A DNA stretch of 64,000 nt from the IMG/VR virus record IMGVR_UViG_3300017544_000199, positions 11,611 to 75,610 of that record; one strand, written 5' to 3'. The translations under genes were made by a program, and so were the position numbers. Of this stretch, positions 28,784 to 38,517 are shown one piece after another (the stretch's first letter is position 1; each line of letters begins with the position of its first letter). The notes under the pieces are model-generated. The model made no database searches and had not been told where the DNA came from. It was given only the letters and a program-made list of their open reading frames with translations. The DNA comes from a virus.

Positions 28784-30610
28784 TCAATACCCCTCGGGCT
28801 GTATCCGTCCTCTTCGCCCGGACGGCTTTGCGCGCCGTTTGGGAGCGGCACCGGTCTTCGCAGCGGCCCCATCATTTCCCGGCGGCGAGGGCGGCGGCTG
28901 TGGCTGAACGTGGCGCCGTACCGTTGCCGCGTTGGCAGCGCGCTTGGGGTCGGGAGTCCATGCGTCAGCTTCCGCGATGAAATCCTCATCCCCGATCGCT
29001 TCGCTGACCAGATCGCTATCGAACTTTACCTTGACCAACAGCGGAAACCGCACGGCTTGGCCGGACACGATACCCTGTCCCGGCCCGAAGGTCTGGAGAA
29101 TACCGGCATCCGACTCCGAAAGATTCTCCATCACAGATCGCACGAAATTCTTGTCGCGCGGATTGACGAGCCGCAGGACGAGAAAGCTGTTGCATTGCGC
29201 CAGCGTGGTTTCATCGAGGCGCGAGGGCCGCTGCGAGATCAGCACCAGCCCCGTGCCAAACTTGCGTCCTTCCGTGATGACCTTGCGTATTGTGGTCAGC
29301 GACGGCGTTTCTTCAGTGCCTTCCTGCCGGCTCGGAATGAAATTGTGCGCTTCCTCGACCACCGCCTGAAACGGCGGGATCAACCCTGATAGCGTCGAGC
29401 GGTGCGCGAATAGCGCCTCCAGCACAATCGAGACAATCGCCGACTGGTTCAGATGGTCATAGCCCGCGAGATAGAAGATGGAGACAGTGCCCGGCCTGAC
29501 AATGTCTTCCGGCGCGTCGAACGGGTCCGGCATCTCCTCAAACAGGTAGCCCTCAAAGCGTCGCTGGCTGCGCAGCCGCTCGTTGTTCTGCTCCATCTGG
29601 CGCAGGTTGGAGAGGACGAAGTCAAGCGAGCGCCGCGCCGCGTTGATCGTTGTGCCGCGGATATTGGCGATCTCGTCCGGCAGATGGTCGTCCTTTTGCC
29701 GTTGCTTGGCAGCGATTGCCGCCGCATGGTCGATCAGCCGCTGGATATAGTCCGTCGCAGGCTCGCCGTCTGCCATGTCGGTGACGCTGACAAGATACTG
29801 GTAGAACTGCTGCTGCGCTTCCGTCAGCTTCCGTCCCATCTTGTCGATCAGGTCCGCGACGATGCCAAGGTTGTTCTCTCGCACTCTTATCGTCGGAAAG
29901 AAGATGCGGACGCTGGTGTCCTTGAATAGCGCCCGCTTTTCAAAGAAGCCGAGGTAATCGCCATGCGGGTCAAAGATCACCAGCGGATATTTCAGATCTA
30001 TCAGTTCGCGGATGATCCGCCGCGCGGCCACCGTCTTGCCGCCGCCGGTCATCGCGAGGATTGCCAGGTGGCGCGAGACGATGTGGCGCGCCGACAGCGA
30101 CACCTCGACATCACCACGCGCAATCAGCGTGCCGATTTTCAGCTTGGCTGAATTGTCCTTCTCCCCCGTCAGCAGCCGCCGGACATCTTCTGGCGGCGGA
30201 TAGAGAACTTCGGCCGAAGGCTTGACCGGATAGGTAAGTGGCGAAAGCTGGGCGGTCCCGGCGTCGGCTTCGCCAGTTGTCCCTAGAATCAGCACTTCCG
30301 CTTCTAGATGATCGCGGCTTCCCGATAGGACGGTATCGAGGAAACGGATATTTTCGTCCGCCAGTTCCTGCGCCGCCTCGGCGGGAAAAAACGGGTTGAA
30401 CCGGTCAATGCCGGTGATGCGGCCCCAGACAGTCACCGTTCTTTGCGCAGCGCCCGGCGCTTCTGGAACTTCGACGCGTGTGGCGACAATATCGCCGAGT
30501 TTGGCTTGGAAGCTGCGCAGGATGAATGAGTATTTCCCTGTCGAAGTATTGCCGACGACGGTGCCGATGCACGTCCATCCTGCCGGCGTTGCTGGTCGTG
30601 GCGATGTCAT
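28784..30610 (-). CDS. herA: HerA-family ATPase (HAS barrel + DUF87)
   Basis: HLAILAMTGGGKT, IFDPHGDY, VEEAHNF, EGRKFG.GL.LISQRPS. Confidence 0.92.
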   Translation of the reverse strand: MTSPRPATPAGWTCIGTVVGNTSTGKYSFILRSFQAKLGDIVATRVEVPEAPGAAQRTVTVWGRITGIDRFNPFFPAEAAQELADENIRFLDTVLSGSRDHLEAEVLILGTTGEADAGTAQLSPLTYPVKPSAEVLYPPPEDVRRLLTGEKDNSAKLKIGTLIARGDVEVSLSARHIVSRHLAILAMTGGGKTVAARRIIRELIDLKYPLVIFDPHGDYLGFFEKRALFKDTSVRIFFPTIRVRENNLGIVADLIDKMGRKLTEAQQQFYQYLVSVTDMADGEPATDYIQRLIDHAAAIAAKQRQKDDHLPDEIANIRGTTINAARRSLDFVLSNLRQMEQNNERLRSQRRFEGYLFEEMPDPFDAPEDIVRPGTVSIFYLAGYDHLNQSAIVSIVLEALFAHRSTLSGLIPPFQAVVEEAHNFIPSRQEGTEETPSLTTIRKVITEGRKFGTGLVLISQRPSRLDETTLAQCNSFLVLRLVNPRDKNFVRSVMENLSESDAGILQTFGPGQGIVSGQAVRFPLLVKVKFDSDLVSEAIGDEDFIAEADAWTPDPKRAANAATVRRHVQPQPPPSPPGNDGAAAKTGAAPKRRAKPSGRRGRIQPEGY

Positions 30611-30627
30611 CCGCTTCCCCCCTTCCG

Positions 30628-32001
30628 TCAGTCCGACGGCCTGAACCACCAGTCGCGACCTTTCGCGGCGAGTACACGCTTGGCAAAGGTCACGACGCGC
30701 GGATCACCGCTCTCCAATGCCTTGCGCAGCAGGACCACCTGGTGCTGGCCCTTCACGCCCCGGCTCATCCACGCCGGCACCTTGGCGAACTTGTCCACAA
30801 TATCCAGCCCGACCGGGAAACCGTAGGAGGGAAGCAGACGGCTCGTGTGCAGAACCAAGTCAAGCGCCGCATCAAAACCAGACGCGTTCTCAAACCCCTC
30901 AATTCGGAACGGCAGCACCGTAGCGGACGGCTTCAGGTACGTCGTGAGCGCGGGTGGATAGTCTCTGATCCACTGCTTCCAACGGTCGGGCCACTTGCTC
31001 TCCGGGCCCTGCCGGTCCACGGCCATCGGCGCGACGTACTCGCCTTCTTCCAGAACGACATCGAATAACGATGAGTCATTCAGGCCATAGGTCGTAACTT
31101 CCTGAAGGATATCCCGTGCCTCATCCCGTTTCAGGTGCTGCTGATCTTGAAGCTGGTTCAGAATGCGCCTGACTACGACGGGGTCGCGGCCGACCGAACG
31201 TTCGACTACGCCGACTACCGGCGTAGCCGTCTCCTGCATGCGCCGAAGTAGCTCGAGATAGATGGCCACGAACTGCCGTGCTTCGTCATCGCCATCGAAA
31301 TTCTCATCGTCGCAGAAAATCCGGCATGCCTGCGACCCAAAGGATGGAAAGCTCTCCAGCCCGTAGGGAGCGACCGGATTGACGAGTGGCCCATGCAGAA
31401 GGATCACATCGGGCGGTTGCTGTGAGCGCGCCAGACGGTATGCCGCGGCCGTTTCGCTGGTCATCCGGGCGGCGTCCCTCAGTTTTGCTGTGTCGATGAA
31501 ATCGTCGTCGTAGACCTCGCCTTCTGGACTGAACAGATCATCTACCAGCGAGAGTTCGATGTTGAACTGCTCCCGGCTGGGGGTCTCATCTCCAGGCCGG
31601 ACGATATAGCTGCCAACGCGGATGCCGATTGGCGCCGCCGAGGGCAGATCGATGTTGGCAACACCACCATCGATGAATGCAATGGCGCGGCCTTTTTGCT
31701 CTAGCCAGTATTCGCGCGGCCGGTAAGCCAGCCGGCGGATCATGCCATTCTCGTCCAGAAGCTCCCGCATCATCGCGGCGATATGCGAAAGCCGGTCCAC
31801 AAAGCTGCGCTGCACCGTAGTGGACTCGCGTGCCGCGACGCGCAGCAGCCCTGATATGAATTCTCCTTGCCCTATGCGCGCCTCGATTCGCCGCCTTATG
31901 TCGTTGGAAGAGGGATCGGCGGTCGCGGGCAGATCGACCCCCGTCTTATCGCCGCTTTGCCCGTCTGCGGGCCTGCCAATGCCTCCATTTACCCCTGGCA
32001 C
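30628..32001 (-). CDS. nurA: NurA-family nuclease
   Basis: AFIDGG, ILLHGPL, VGVVER, YGFPVGLDIVDKFAK; directly upstream of herA; start uncertain. Confidence 0.85.
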   Translation of the reverse strand: MPGVNGGIGRPADGQSGDKTGVDLPATADPSSNDIRRRIEARIGQGEFISGLLRVAARESTTVQRSFVDRLSHIAAMMRELLDENGMIRRLAYRPREYWLEQKGRAIAFIDGGVANIDLPSAAPIGIRVGSYIVRPGDETPSREQFNIELSLVDDLFSPEGEVYDDDFIDTAKLRDAARMTSETAAAYRLARSQQPPDVILLHGPLVNPVAPYGLESFPSFGSQACRIFCDDENFDGDDEARQFVAIYLELLRRMQETATPVVGVVERSVGRDPVVVRRILNQLQDQQHLKRDEARDILQEVTTYGLNDSSLFDVVLEEGEYVAPMAVDRQGPESKWPDRWKQWIRDYPPALTTYLKPSATVLPFRIEGFENASGFDAALDLVLHTSRLLPSYGFPVGLDIVDKFAKVPAWMSRGVKGQHQVVLLRKALESGDPRVVTFAKRVLAAKGRDWWFRPSD

Positions 32002-32173
32002 GCTGCTATCCCGTTTGCGATGGTGACTCGAGTCGACTGCAACCTGCTGGAGAGTACAAGCATTTGGCTCGTTTTGCCACGCTTTGCACCCCTGGTCTCA
32101 GAGTGCAATGGCATGTTGGAGGGCGCCGCTTTCAGTGGTCGCCAGATCGGCTTGGAAAGACGTGCGCCCCGAA

Positions 32174-32731
32174 ATGAAGAAAGCGAAGAAAAAGGGTGGA
32201 GCGAAAGCAGGTGTGGGGGTGCCAGCTGAGTCGGCATACCGCAGCGCCAACCTCTCCGAGCCTCGTTGGGACATAATGAGCCCGGAAAAGCGCAGTGCGC
32301 TTATGGCCCGCATCCACGGCAAGGATACCGGGCCAGAGATGATCGTCCGGCGCTTGCTCCACAGCCTGGGCTACAGGTTCCGGGTCCACAGTCGCGACCT
32401 TCCGGGTCGCCCCGATATCGTTTTCCGGTCGAGACGAGTGGCAATCTTCGTACATGGCTGCTTCTGGCATCGCCACGATTGCGGGCTCGCCTACATGCCG
32501 AAGACGCGCCAGCAATTCTGGCGCGAGAAGTTCGATCGCAACGTCAAACGCGATCAGGAGGTCGAGCAGAAATTAAAGGCGGCCGGCTGGCGTGTGATCA
32601 TTGTTTGGGAATGCGAGCTCGAACAGCTATCCGCACTCTCGGCCCGCCTGGTCAAGTCCCTGGGACGACCGCGCTGCCAAGCGAACCCGGATCGCTTGGA
32701 GCGCCTTGGCGGGCCGCCGGTGAGGCGCTGA
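32174..32731 (+). CDS. vsr: Very-short-patch repair endonuclease
   Basis: DIMSPEKRSALMARI..KDTGPEM, LPGRPD, FVHGCFWHRH, GWRVIIVWEC; start 32174 or 32276. Confidence 0.93.
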   Translation: MKKAKKKGGAKAGVGVPAESAYRSANLSEPRWDIMSPEKRSALMARIHGKDTGPEMIVRRLLHSLGYRFRVHSRDLPGRPDIVFRSRRVAIFVHGCFWHRHDCGLAYMPKTRQQFWREKFDRNVKRDQEVEQKLKAAGWRVIIVWECELEQLSALSARLVKSLGRPRCQANPDRLERLGGPPVRR

Positions 32732-33899
32732 ATTCACGATCAAGCCAAGACGCCACCGCGCGGATATCGGCGTGGCCGTTCGCCCTGAGAAGCTCAACTA
32801 TATCTGTGGCCGCGATTACGATGATCGGATGCTGGTCTTCCTTGATCTCTCGGTAAGCCTGCAGATCGACGTAGCTTGTGGTCACGAGTATTCCGAACTG
32901 TCTATGCCGCAGCCTGGATATGAGCCGAGACATCTCCCGCACGCCGACCGGATTTTCAAGCCCGTAGCACTTCGCTTCCAGCGCAAAGTCCACGAGAATT
33001 GATCCTGCGCCGCGGCCTAAGCGCAGTTGCCCAATCGCATCGCGGCCCCCGTCCCGAGACGGACGCGTCACATCGAGTCCCGCGATGTCGGGCAGCATCA
33101 ATCGCGCCAACACGGCCGCGCACCTTTCAAAGTCATGCGGGCGATCGGCGAAGAATTGGTGCATGGTCCGGATGATTGCCACATCGTCGGCACTTCGCGG
33201 CAACTGCTCCGTCTTCGTTCGGTGTTCAATTGAGCGGGTGGATTTAAGTGGTCGATAACGCCCTGTCTCGATCCATTCCCGCCAGGGGGCCGGCGCATTA
33301 GATGAGTGAGGCCGCCCGGCAATTATCTCATTGATCCACGTTCTTGAAACCATGGGAGCGTCAAGGATGGTAAAGCGCGCTCGATAGTTCTGAAAGCGCA
33401 TGCCGTTCGCAGTCCTCCAAATTGCAACAAGGTCCTCTGACGGCTGTTGCTCGAAGGTTCCTGGCACCGCAAGCCCGATAAAAATCGCGTCGCGCCAAAC
33501 TCCCGTGTTTGAGAAGACAAGGATGGGTGGCGTCAGTCGGCGCGCTTCCGCGCCTGAATGCGCCGCGGCGAAGACCCGTCGCAGAAGCTCATTTCCGTTC
33601 CGTGGTGTCTCATGAAGACCTCGCCCCGGCCGCTTGTTGTCGCCATAGTAGGTGAAGACGCCAGTTTCACGATCAAGTTCATCGGGCCAGTCTGGATCGG
33701 AGAGAGTGGACGTCAATACGACCAGTTCAAGCGCGTCAAGATTGCCGCGATATCGGAACCCACCCATGTTCGAGACATTCAGCAAACGAGGGAACGGATC
33801 ATCTCCCGCATTCCCCTTCCGCCCGCTTTGATAGACGGCGTCAACGTAGAGGTCCGCGGTGGCAAGACCTGAGAACGGGACTGTTTTTCTCTCTTCCAT
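32652..33899 (-). CDS. AspBHI/MspJI-like restriction endonuclease (SRA-like N-domain + Mrr catalytic domain)
   Basis: DLYVDAVY..G...SNMGGFR, WPD.LD..TG.FTYYGDNK, SRDGGRDAIG, EAKCY, SRLISRLRHRQFGILVTTS. Confidence 0.85.
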   Translation of the reverse strand: MEERKTVPFSGLATADLYVDAVYQSGRKGNAGDDPFPRLLNVSNMGGFRYRGNLDALELVVLTSTLSDPDWPDELDRETGVFTYYGDNKRPGRGLHETPRNGNELLRRVFAAAHSGAEARRLTPPILVFSNTGVWRDAIFIGLAVPGTFEQQPSEDLVAIWRTANGMRFQNYRARFTILDAPMVSRTWINEIIAGRPHSSNAPAPWREWIETGRYRPLKSTRSIEHRTKTEQLPRSADDVAIIRTMHQFFADRPHDFERCAAVLARLMLPDIAGLDVTRPSRDGGRDAIGQLRLGRGAGSILVDFALEAKCYGLENPVGVREMSRLISRLRHRQFGILVTTSYVDLQAYREIKEDQHPIIVIAATDIVELLRANGHADIRAVASWLDREFSASPAARQGAPSDPGSLGSAVVPGT

Positions 33900-33983
33900 T
33901 GGCGCCCCCGATACCAAACCATAATGGGCTCGGATGAATCGGCCTGGCAATAACCGTCGGACCTGGTAACGTACTGCGTCGCC

Positions 33984-35486
33984 GTGAAGCAGGCGACATG
34001 GGGGATCGAGTTGAGGAAGAATGCCGTCGTCGCCACCAAGATTGCCCGATTGGCGACCGCCGGGGAGTGGCGGCCGCGGGTGCTTGACCTATTCGCAGGT
34101 TGCGGGGGCCTGAGCCTCGGCTTCCAGGCGGCAGGCTGTCAGATTGTGGCGGCGGTAGAATCCGACGAGCTGGCGGCGCGGTCCCATGCACACAATTTCT
34201 TCAGGGAATCCCGACCAGAGGTCATTGAGCACCACGCGAAGCCACGCGATATCACCCGCATCGACCCCGAGGAGCTCGTTGCCGATTTTGGCCTTGGCGA
34301 ACCCGGCGAGGCGTTCGACATCATCATTGGCGGACCACCCTGTCAGGCGTACGCCCGCGTCGGTCGTGCAAAACTTCGCGAGGTCGCCGACCATCCGCGC
34401 GCCTTCAAGATCGATCCGCGAGCAAATCTCTATCTGCGATATTTGCACTATGTCGAGCGGCTGAAGCCCCTGGCACTCCTGCTGGAAAACGTGCCTGACA
34501 TTCTGAACTTCGGCGGCCACAACGTCATACAGGAGATGGTCGAAGCTCTCGACGTGATGGGATATGACGCGGCATATTCCCTCGTAAATGCTGCGCATCA
34601 TGGTGTCCCGCAGATGCGGGACCGTGTCTACATGATCGCGTTTCGTCGAGAGCTTGGTGCAGCAGTCCGGTTTCCGGCCGCCACACACAAATGCGACCTA
34701 CCACAGGGATACCGAGGCACGCGCGCGGTTGCCCTCAAGCTGATCGACCTTTTCAGCCCCCGAGGGTACATCGAAGCGGATGCAGGCCACGATGGCCTGC
34801 CAAACGCGGTGAGCGCACAGGAAGCCATCGGCGACCTGCCACCGATTACCCTTCATAGGGAGGGGAAACTCAAGCGTGGGGCGCGGCGATTCAACGAGCT
34901 TGCGAAATATCGTCGGATCTCGCCTGCACGCCTCTCGGCCTATGCGCAGGAGATGCGATCATGGCCGTCCTTCGAGGCGAGCGACGGCGTTTACGATCAC
35001 GTCCTGCGTTATCTGCCACGAGACATTCACATTTTTGAGGCCATGCAGTCCGGAGACGAATATCCGGCAGCACACCGCGTTGCTGAGCGGCTGTTTGAGG
35101 CGAAGGCAAAACGCCGGAAGCTGAGGCCCAAGGGATCAGAGTGGCGGGCTTTGCGCAAAAGCATGGTTCCACCCTACGACCCGACCAAGTTTCCGAATCG
35201 ATGGTGGAAGCTGCATCCGGACCTTCCGGTACGAACGCTCACGGCCCACATCGGGAAAGACACCTACACCCACATCCACTATGACAGTGCCCAGGCGCGG
35301 GTCATCACCGTGCGGGAGGCGGCACGCCTCCAATCATTCCCCGACGGCTTCATCTTCGCAGGCACCATGAACCCTGCATTCCGCCAGATCGGCAATGCTG
35401 TTCCTCCAGTGCTCGCACGTGAGCTTGCAAGAACGATGCTCGCCAGCCTCTACTCCGCCCTCGCTCCTGCGATCGCAGCAGAATAG
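33984..35486 (+). CDS. DNA (cytosine-5)-methyltransferase
   Basis: DLFAGCGG, GGPPCQ, LENV, PQ.RDR, REAARLQSFPD, QIGNAVPP; start uncertain. Confidence 0.95.
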   Translation: MKQATWGIELRKNAVVATKIARLATAGEWRPRVLDLFAGCGGLSLGFQAAGCQIVAAVESDELAARSHAHNFFRESRPEVIEHHAKPRDITRIDPEELVADFGLGEPGEAFDIIIGGPPCQAYARVGRAKLREVADHPRAFKIDPRANLYLRYLHYVERLKPLALLLENVPDILNFGGHNVIQEMVEALDVMGYDAAYSLVNAAHHGVPQMRDRVYMIAFRRELGAAVRFPAATHKCDLPQGYRGTRAVALKLIDLFSPRGYIEADAGHDGLPNAVSAQEAIGDLPPITLHREGKLKRGARRFNELAKYRRISPARLSAYAQEMRSWPSFEASDGVYDHVLRYLPRDIHIFEAMQSGDEYPAAHRVAERLFEAKAKRRKLRPKGSEWRALRKSMVPPYDPTKFPNRWWKLHPDLPVRTLTAHIGKDTYTHIHYDSAQARVITVREAARLQSFPDGFIFAGTMNPAFRQIGNAVPPVLARELARTMLASLYSALAPAIAAE

Positions 35487-35575
35487 GAAATTTCGACGGG
35501 CCGCGCCGCGGGCGAGCTGGGCTTGGCGCGCCCTTTGGAATTCGGGGGAATTGCGGAGGTATTGGCGAGTTGACA

Positions 35576-35612
35576 AACGAACGCCCCGGACCTGCGTCCG
35601 GGGGCGTTCGTT
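35576..35612. terminator. Long hairpin downstream of tRNA fragment and MTase
   Basis: AACGAACGCCCC-GGAC ctgc GTCC-g-GGGGCGTTCGTT. Confidence 0.55.
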
Positions 35613-35639
35613 CAACCCCTTGATCGATCAAGGGGAATT

Positions 35640-35687
35640 TGGTTGCGGGGACAGGATTTGAACCTGTGACCTTCAGGTTATGAGCCT
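35640..35687 (-). repeat. att core: 3' part of an initiator-type tRNA-Met (CAT) gene
   Basis: Reverse complement AGGCTCATAACCTGAAGGTCACAGGTTCAAATCCTGTCCCCGCAACCA; D arm and 5' acceptor strand absent; integrase ~265 bp away. Confidence 0.9.
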
Positions 35688-35716
35688 ACCGTGGCGCTCG
35701 CGCCGCGCGCCAGCGT

Positions 35717-35746
35717 TTTCAATGGGTTGAAAGCAACCCATTGATA
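35717..35746. promoter_or_regulatory. Inverted pair of IHF-like sites next to att core
   Basis: TCAATGGGTTG-AAAG-CAACCCATTGA; minus strand TATCAATGGGTTG fits WATCAANNNNTTR. Confidence 0.55.
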
Positions 35747-35952
35747 CGCAATCGACTTGCTTGCCGCACAACGCCGTATTCAATCGCACCGCGCGGCACG
35801 GCGCGGATCGCGACGGCGTGAGCGCGGCGGACACGCGACGGACATGCCATGTCCGCGCCCGCGCTCCGCCCCTTTTCGCCCGTTTCCGCCTAAGCCTTTG
35901 AAGACAAAGAGAGCATCTTGCTGGGCACGAAATTTCCTTGCTCAGTCAGCCC

Positions 35953-37212
35953 ATGAAGGCCCATCTGACCGAACGCTTCGTGAAGAACGCCCAGCCCGAT
36001 CCGGCGCGCAACGTCATCGTGCGTGACGACGAGGTGATTGGGTTCGGCCTTCGCGTCACGACCGCGGGCGCCAAGGCGTTCGTGCTCTCCTATGTCATCG
36101 CCGGCCGCGAACGCCGGATCACCATCGGCGCCTGGCCCGACTGGTCGGTCACGGCGGCGCGCGAGAAGGCGCGCGAACTCAAGCGGCGCATCGACAACGG
36201 CGACGATCCGCTTGCCGAACGAGAGGAAGCGCGCTCCGCGCCGACCGTGCGGGATATGATCGACCGCTACATCGCCGAGCATGTGCCGACCCTTTCGGAG
36301 CGCAACGGCAAGGACCAGACCTCGATGCTGCGGAAGCTGGTCGAGCCGGAATGGGGATCGCGCAAGGTCGCCGAGATCACCGAGGCGGACGTGTCGAAGC
36401 TGCTCGCGAAGATCGCCGTCGGCCGCGCCCGCCCGCGCAAGGAACAGCCGAAACACAAGCGCCGGGTTGCTCTCGCGAAGGCGCGCCCGACGCCGATCCG
36501 CGCGAACCGCGTTGGCGAGGTGCTGCGCAAGATGTTCAATCTGGCGGTCAAGCCGTGGAAGATGCGCGACGACAATCCGGCCGCCACGTTCCACCGCAAC
36601 GTTGAGAACGAGCGCGAGGTGTTTCTCACCCTCGACCAGATCGGCCGCCTCGCGTCCGCAATCGACGCGCACGAGAACCAGCGCGCCGCCGATGTCGTGC
36701 GGTTCATCCTGCTCACCGGCGCGCGCAAGGGCGAGGCGCGGATGGCGCGCCCCGACCAGTTCAATCTCGATCTGGCGATCTGGACGAAGAAGGCCTCGAC
36801 GACCAAGCAGAAGAAGATGCACCGCGTCCCGCTCTCGCGGGCGGCCGTCGCCTTTGTCCGCGCGCGGCTTGCCGATCTTCCGCCCGACGCCGAATGGCTC
36901 TTCCCCGGCGATGTCGAGGGCAAGCCGATCGAAGACATCCGGCGGTTCTGGGCCGACATCCAGAAGGCCGCGGGCCTTGATGGCGTCCGGGTCCACGATC
37001 TCCGCCACACCTTCGCGTCGCTGCTCGTCAGCGGCGGGATGTCGCTTCCCATGATCGGCAAACTGCTCGGCCACAGCAGCCCCAAGACGACCCAGCGCTA
37101 CGCCCATCTGCTGGACGATCCCGTTCGGCAGGGGGCGGACGCGGTGGGCGAGATGCTGCGCCCGAAGCTCAAACTGATCTCGGAGGCCTCGCCGTCGGAT
37201 CGCGCGGCGTGA
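35953..37212 (+). CDS. int: Tyrosine integrase (P4-like, arm-binding N-domain)
   Basis: GFGLRVT..GAKAF, LTGARKGE, HDLRHTFAS, LLGHS...TQRY. Confidence 0.97.
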   Translation: MKAHLTERFVKNAQPDPARNVIVRDDEVIGFGLRVTTAGAKAFVLSYVIAGRERRITIGAWPDWSVTAAREKARELKRRIDNGDDPLAEREEARSAPTVRDMIDRYIAEHVPTLSERNGKDQTSMLRKLVEPEWGSRKVAEITEADVSKLLAKIAVGRARPRKEQPKHKRRVALAKARPTPIRANRVGEVLRKMFNLAVKPWKMRDDNPAATFHRNVENEREVFLTLDQIGRLASAIDAHENQRAADVVRFILLTGARKGEARMARPDQFNLDLAIWTKKASTTKQKKMHRVPLSRAAVAFVRARLADLPPDAEWLFPGDVEGKPIEDIRRFWADIQKAAGLDGVRVHDLRHTFASLLVSGGMSLPMIGKLLGHSSPKTTQRYAHLLDDPVRQGADAVGEMLRPKLKLISEASPSDRAA

Positions 37213-37246
37213 CGGATGATGCTAAAAGGGCACGCGGACTTTCGGT

Positions 37247-37552
37247 TTGGCGTTCATGTGGGGGACAATCTCAGCCTGGCTTGAGCGTAGGCAGGCGGCC
37301 AAGGGCCGCGTCCGGGACGACGCGCGGCTTCTCCTCGCGAAGGGTCCCGCCACCGCCTACTACGACGCCCAACGGCTGGCCGCCCGCGCGCGGTTCGCCG
37401 GGGATGGGAAGGGATTCGTCCATTGGGCGCGCGTGGCGGCGGAGGTGGCCCGGATCGGCACCGGCCCGATGGACATGGCCGTCGTTCGCGCCATCGTGGA
37501 CGAGGAAGAGCGCCACGCTAGGCGCGGCAAAGCTCCTGCCAGACAATCCTGA
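37247..37552 (+). CDS. Hypothetical protein
   Basis: 101 aa ORF after integrase, plausible composition. Confidence 0.5.
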   Translation: MAFMWGTISAWLERRQAAKGRVRDDARLLLAKGPATAYYDAQRLAARARFAGDGKGFVHWARVAAEVARIGTGPMDMAVVRAIVDEEERHARRGKAPARQS

Positions 37553-38144
37553 TCTTGCGCGCGATCGTGCTCTCGTCGGGCGCGTATTCGTCCTCGCGCC
37601 GCTCGAACCAGTCGCGCATTTCCCTCACCAGTTCCGCCTGCGTCCTGGGCAGGCCGTGTTCGTGGATGCGCCGGGCGAGCACGGCGTAGAATGTATCCCA
37701 GTCGTGGCGCGGCGGCGCTCCCGGCCCCGGCCGGCGGGTCTTCGGCGGCGCGGTGGACAAATGCGCTGGACCGGCCTCGCAGAAGCGCTGCTCGAATTTC
37801 TCCACCTCGCCGCGCCGGACAAGCACGTCGGCGGCGGTGACGACGACGCCGTTGGGCGGCTCCGAAATCCAGCGGAATTCCTGGTCGCCCGTTTTCACAC
37901 GGCGAATGGCCACCGACTGACTCGGGACGCCGTCGCGCCGGAAAAGCGGCAATACGTGAGGCGCCTCGATGTCCACGAGGCCGGACACCGTTTCCGACTG
38001 ACCGATCTTCACGGGTGGGAGCGCGATCGAAAGCGAGAGAAGACCTTCCGTTGACCATCCGATGACATCGAACGGCGTGACGGACCATCGCGCGGCGGCT
38101 TCGGTCAACAGGTAGAACGAACGTGGTGGCAACATTTTGAGCAT
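37518..38144 (-). CDS. Hypothetical, probable DNA-binding regulator with C-terminal HTH-like region
   Basis: FYLLTEAAARW; GAPPRHDW...TQAELVREM..WF...PDESTIARKI; GAGGGG RBS. Confidence 0.65.
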   Translation of the reverse strand: MLKMLPPRSFYLLTEAAARWSVTPFDVIGWSTEGLLSLSIALPPVKIGQSETVSGLVDIEAPHVLPLFRRDGVPSQSVAIRRVKTGDQEFRWISEPPNGVVVTAADVLVRRGEVEKFEQRFCEAGPAHLSTAPPKTRRPGPGAPPRHDWDTFYAVLARRIHEHGLPRTQAELVREMRDWFERREDEYAPDESTIARKIRIVWQELCRA

Positions 38145-38221
38145 CCCCCTCTCGACGCAAGACCAGACCTCGCCTCGACTTCCGCCTTGGAGCAAGTCTC
38201 TCAACTTCAAAAAAACTTGGA

Positions 38222-38503
38222 CTAGTTGGAGAAAGTCCGTCTCGCCCGGCGGTAGGCCTGCACTACGCGCCTCAGATCGCTTCTCATGTCGGGCGGCAGG
38301 CGTCCCGCCTCCACGAACAGGTCGTCCAGCCGGACGCCCAGGATCGCCGCCGCCCGCTCTACGAGCTCGTCGCGGGGGGCGTTCTCCTGCTCCCGCTCGA
38401 CGCGCGACCAGTAGGCCGGCGATACGCCGAGCCGTTCGGCGAAGTCGTTCAGGCCGATGCCCTGCTCTACTCGCCTTGCCCTGACGGTGAGGCCGAAAGC
38501 CAT
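38222..38503 (-). CDS. XRE-family HTH repressor
   Basis: FGLTVRARR...LNDFAERLGVSPAYWSRVER; AGGAGA RBS. Confidence 0.9.
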   Translation of the reverse strand: MAFGLTVRARRVEQGIGLNDFAERLGVSPAYWSRVEREQENAPRDELVERAAAILGVRLDDLFVEAGRLPPDMRSDLRRVVQAYRRARRTFSN

Positions 38504-38517
38504 CTGCTCTCTCCTTC

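Larger units (their letters stand above)
1..35687 (+). mobile_element. Prophage 1 (lambda-like head, GTA-like tail tip), left part outside window; includes right-end defence cargo up to the att core
   Basis: Contiguous + strand terminase-portal-capsid-tail-lysis order, then cargo genes, then a tRNA 3' fragment. Confidence 0.9.

Noticed and set aside
35640..35715. Intact tRNA-Met gene
   Set aside because: Similarity stops at 35687; D arm and 5' acceptor strand are missing, so it is an att remnant
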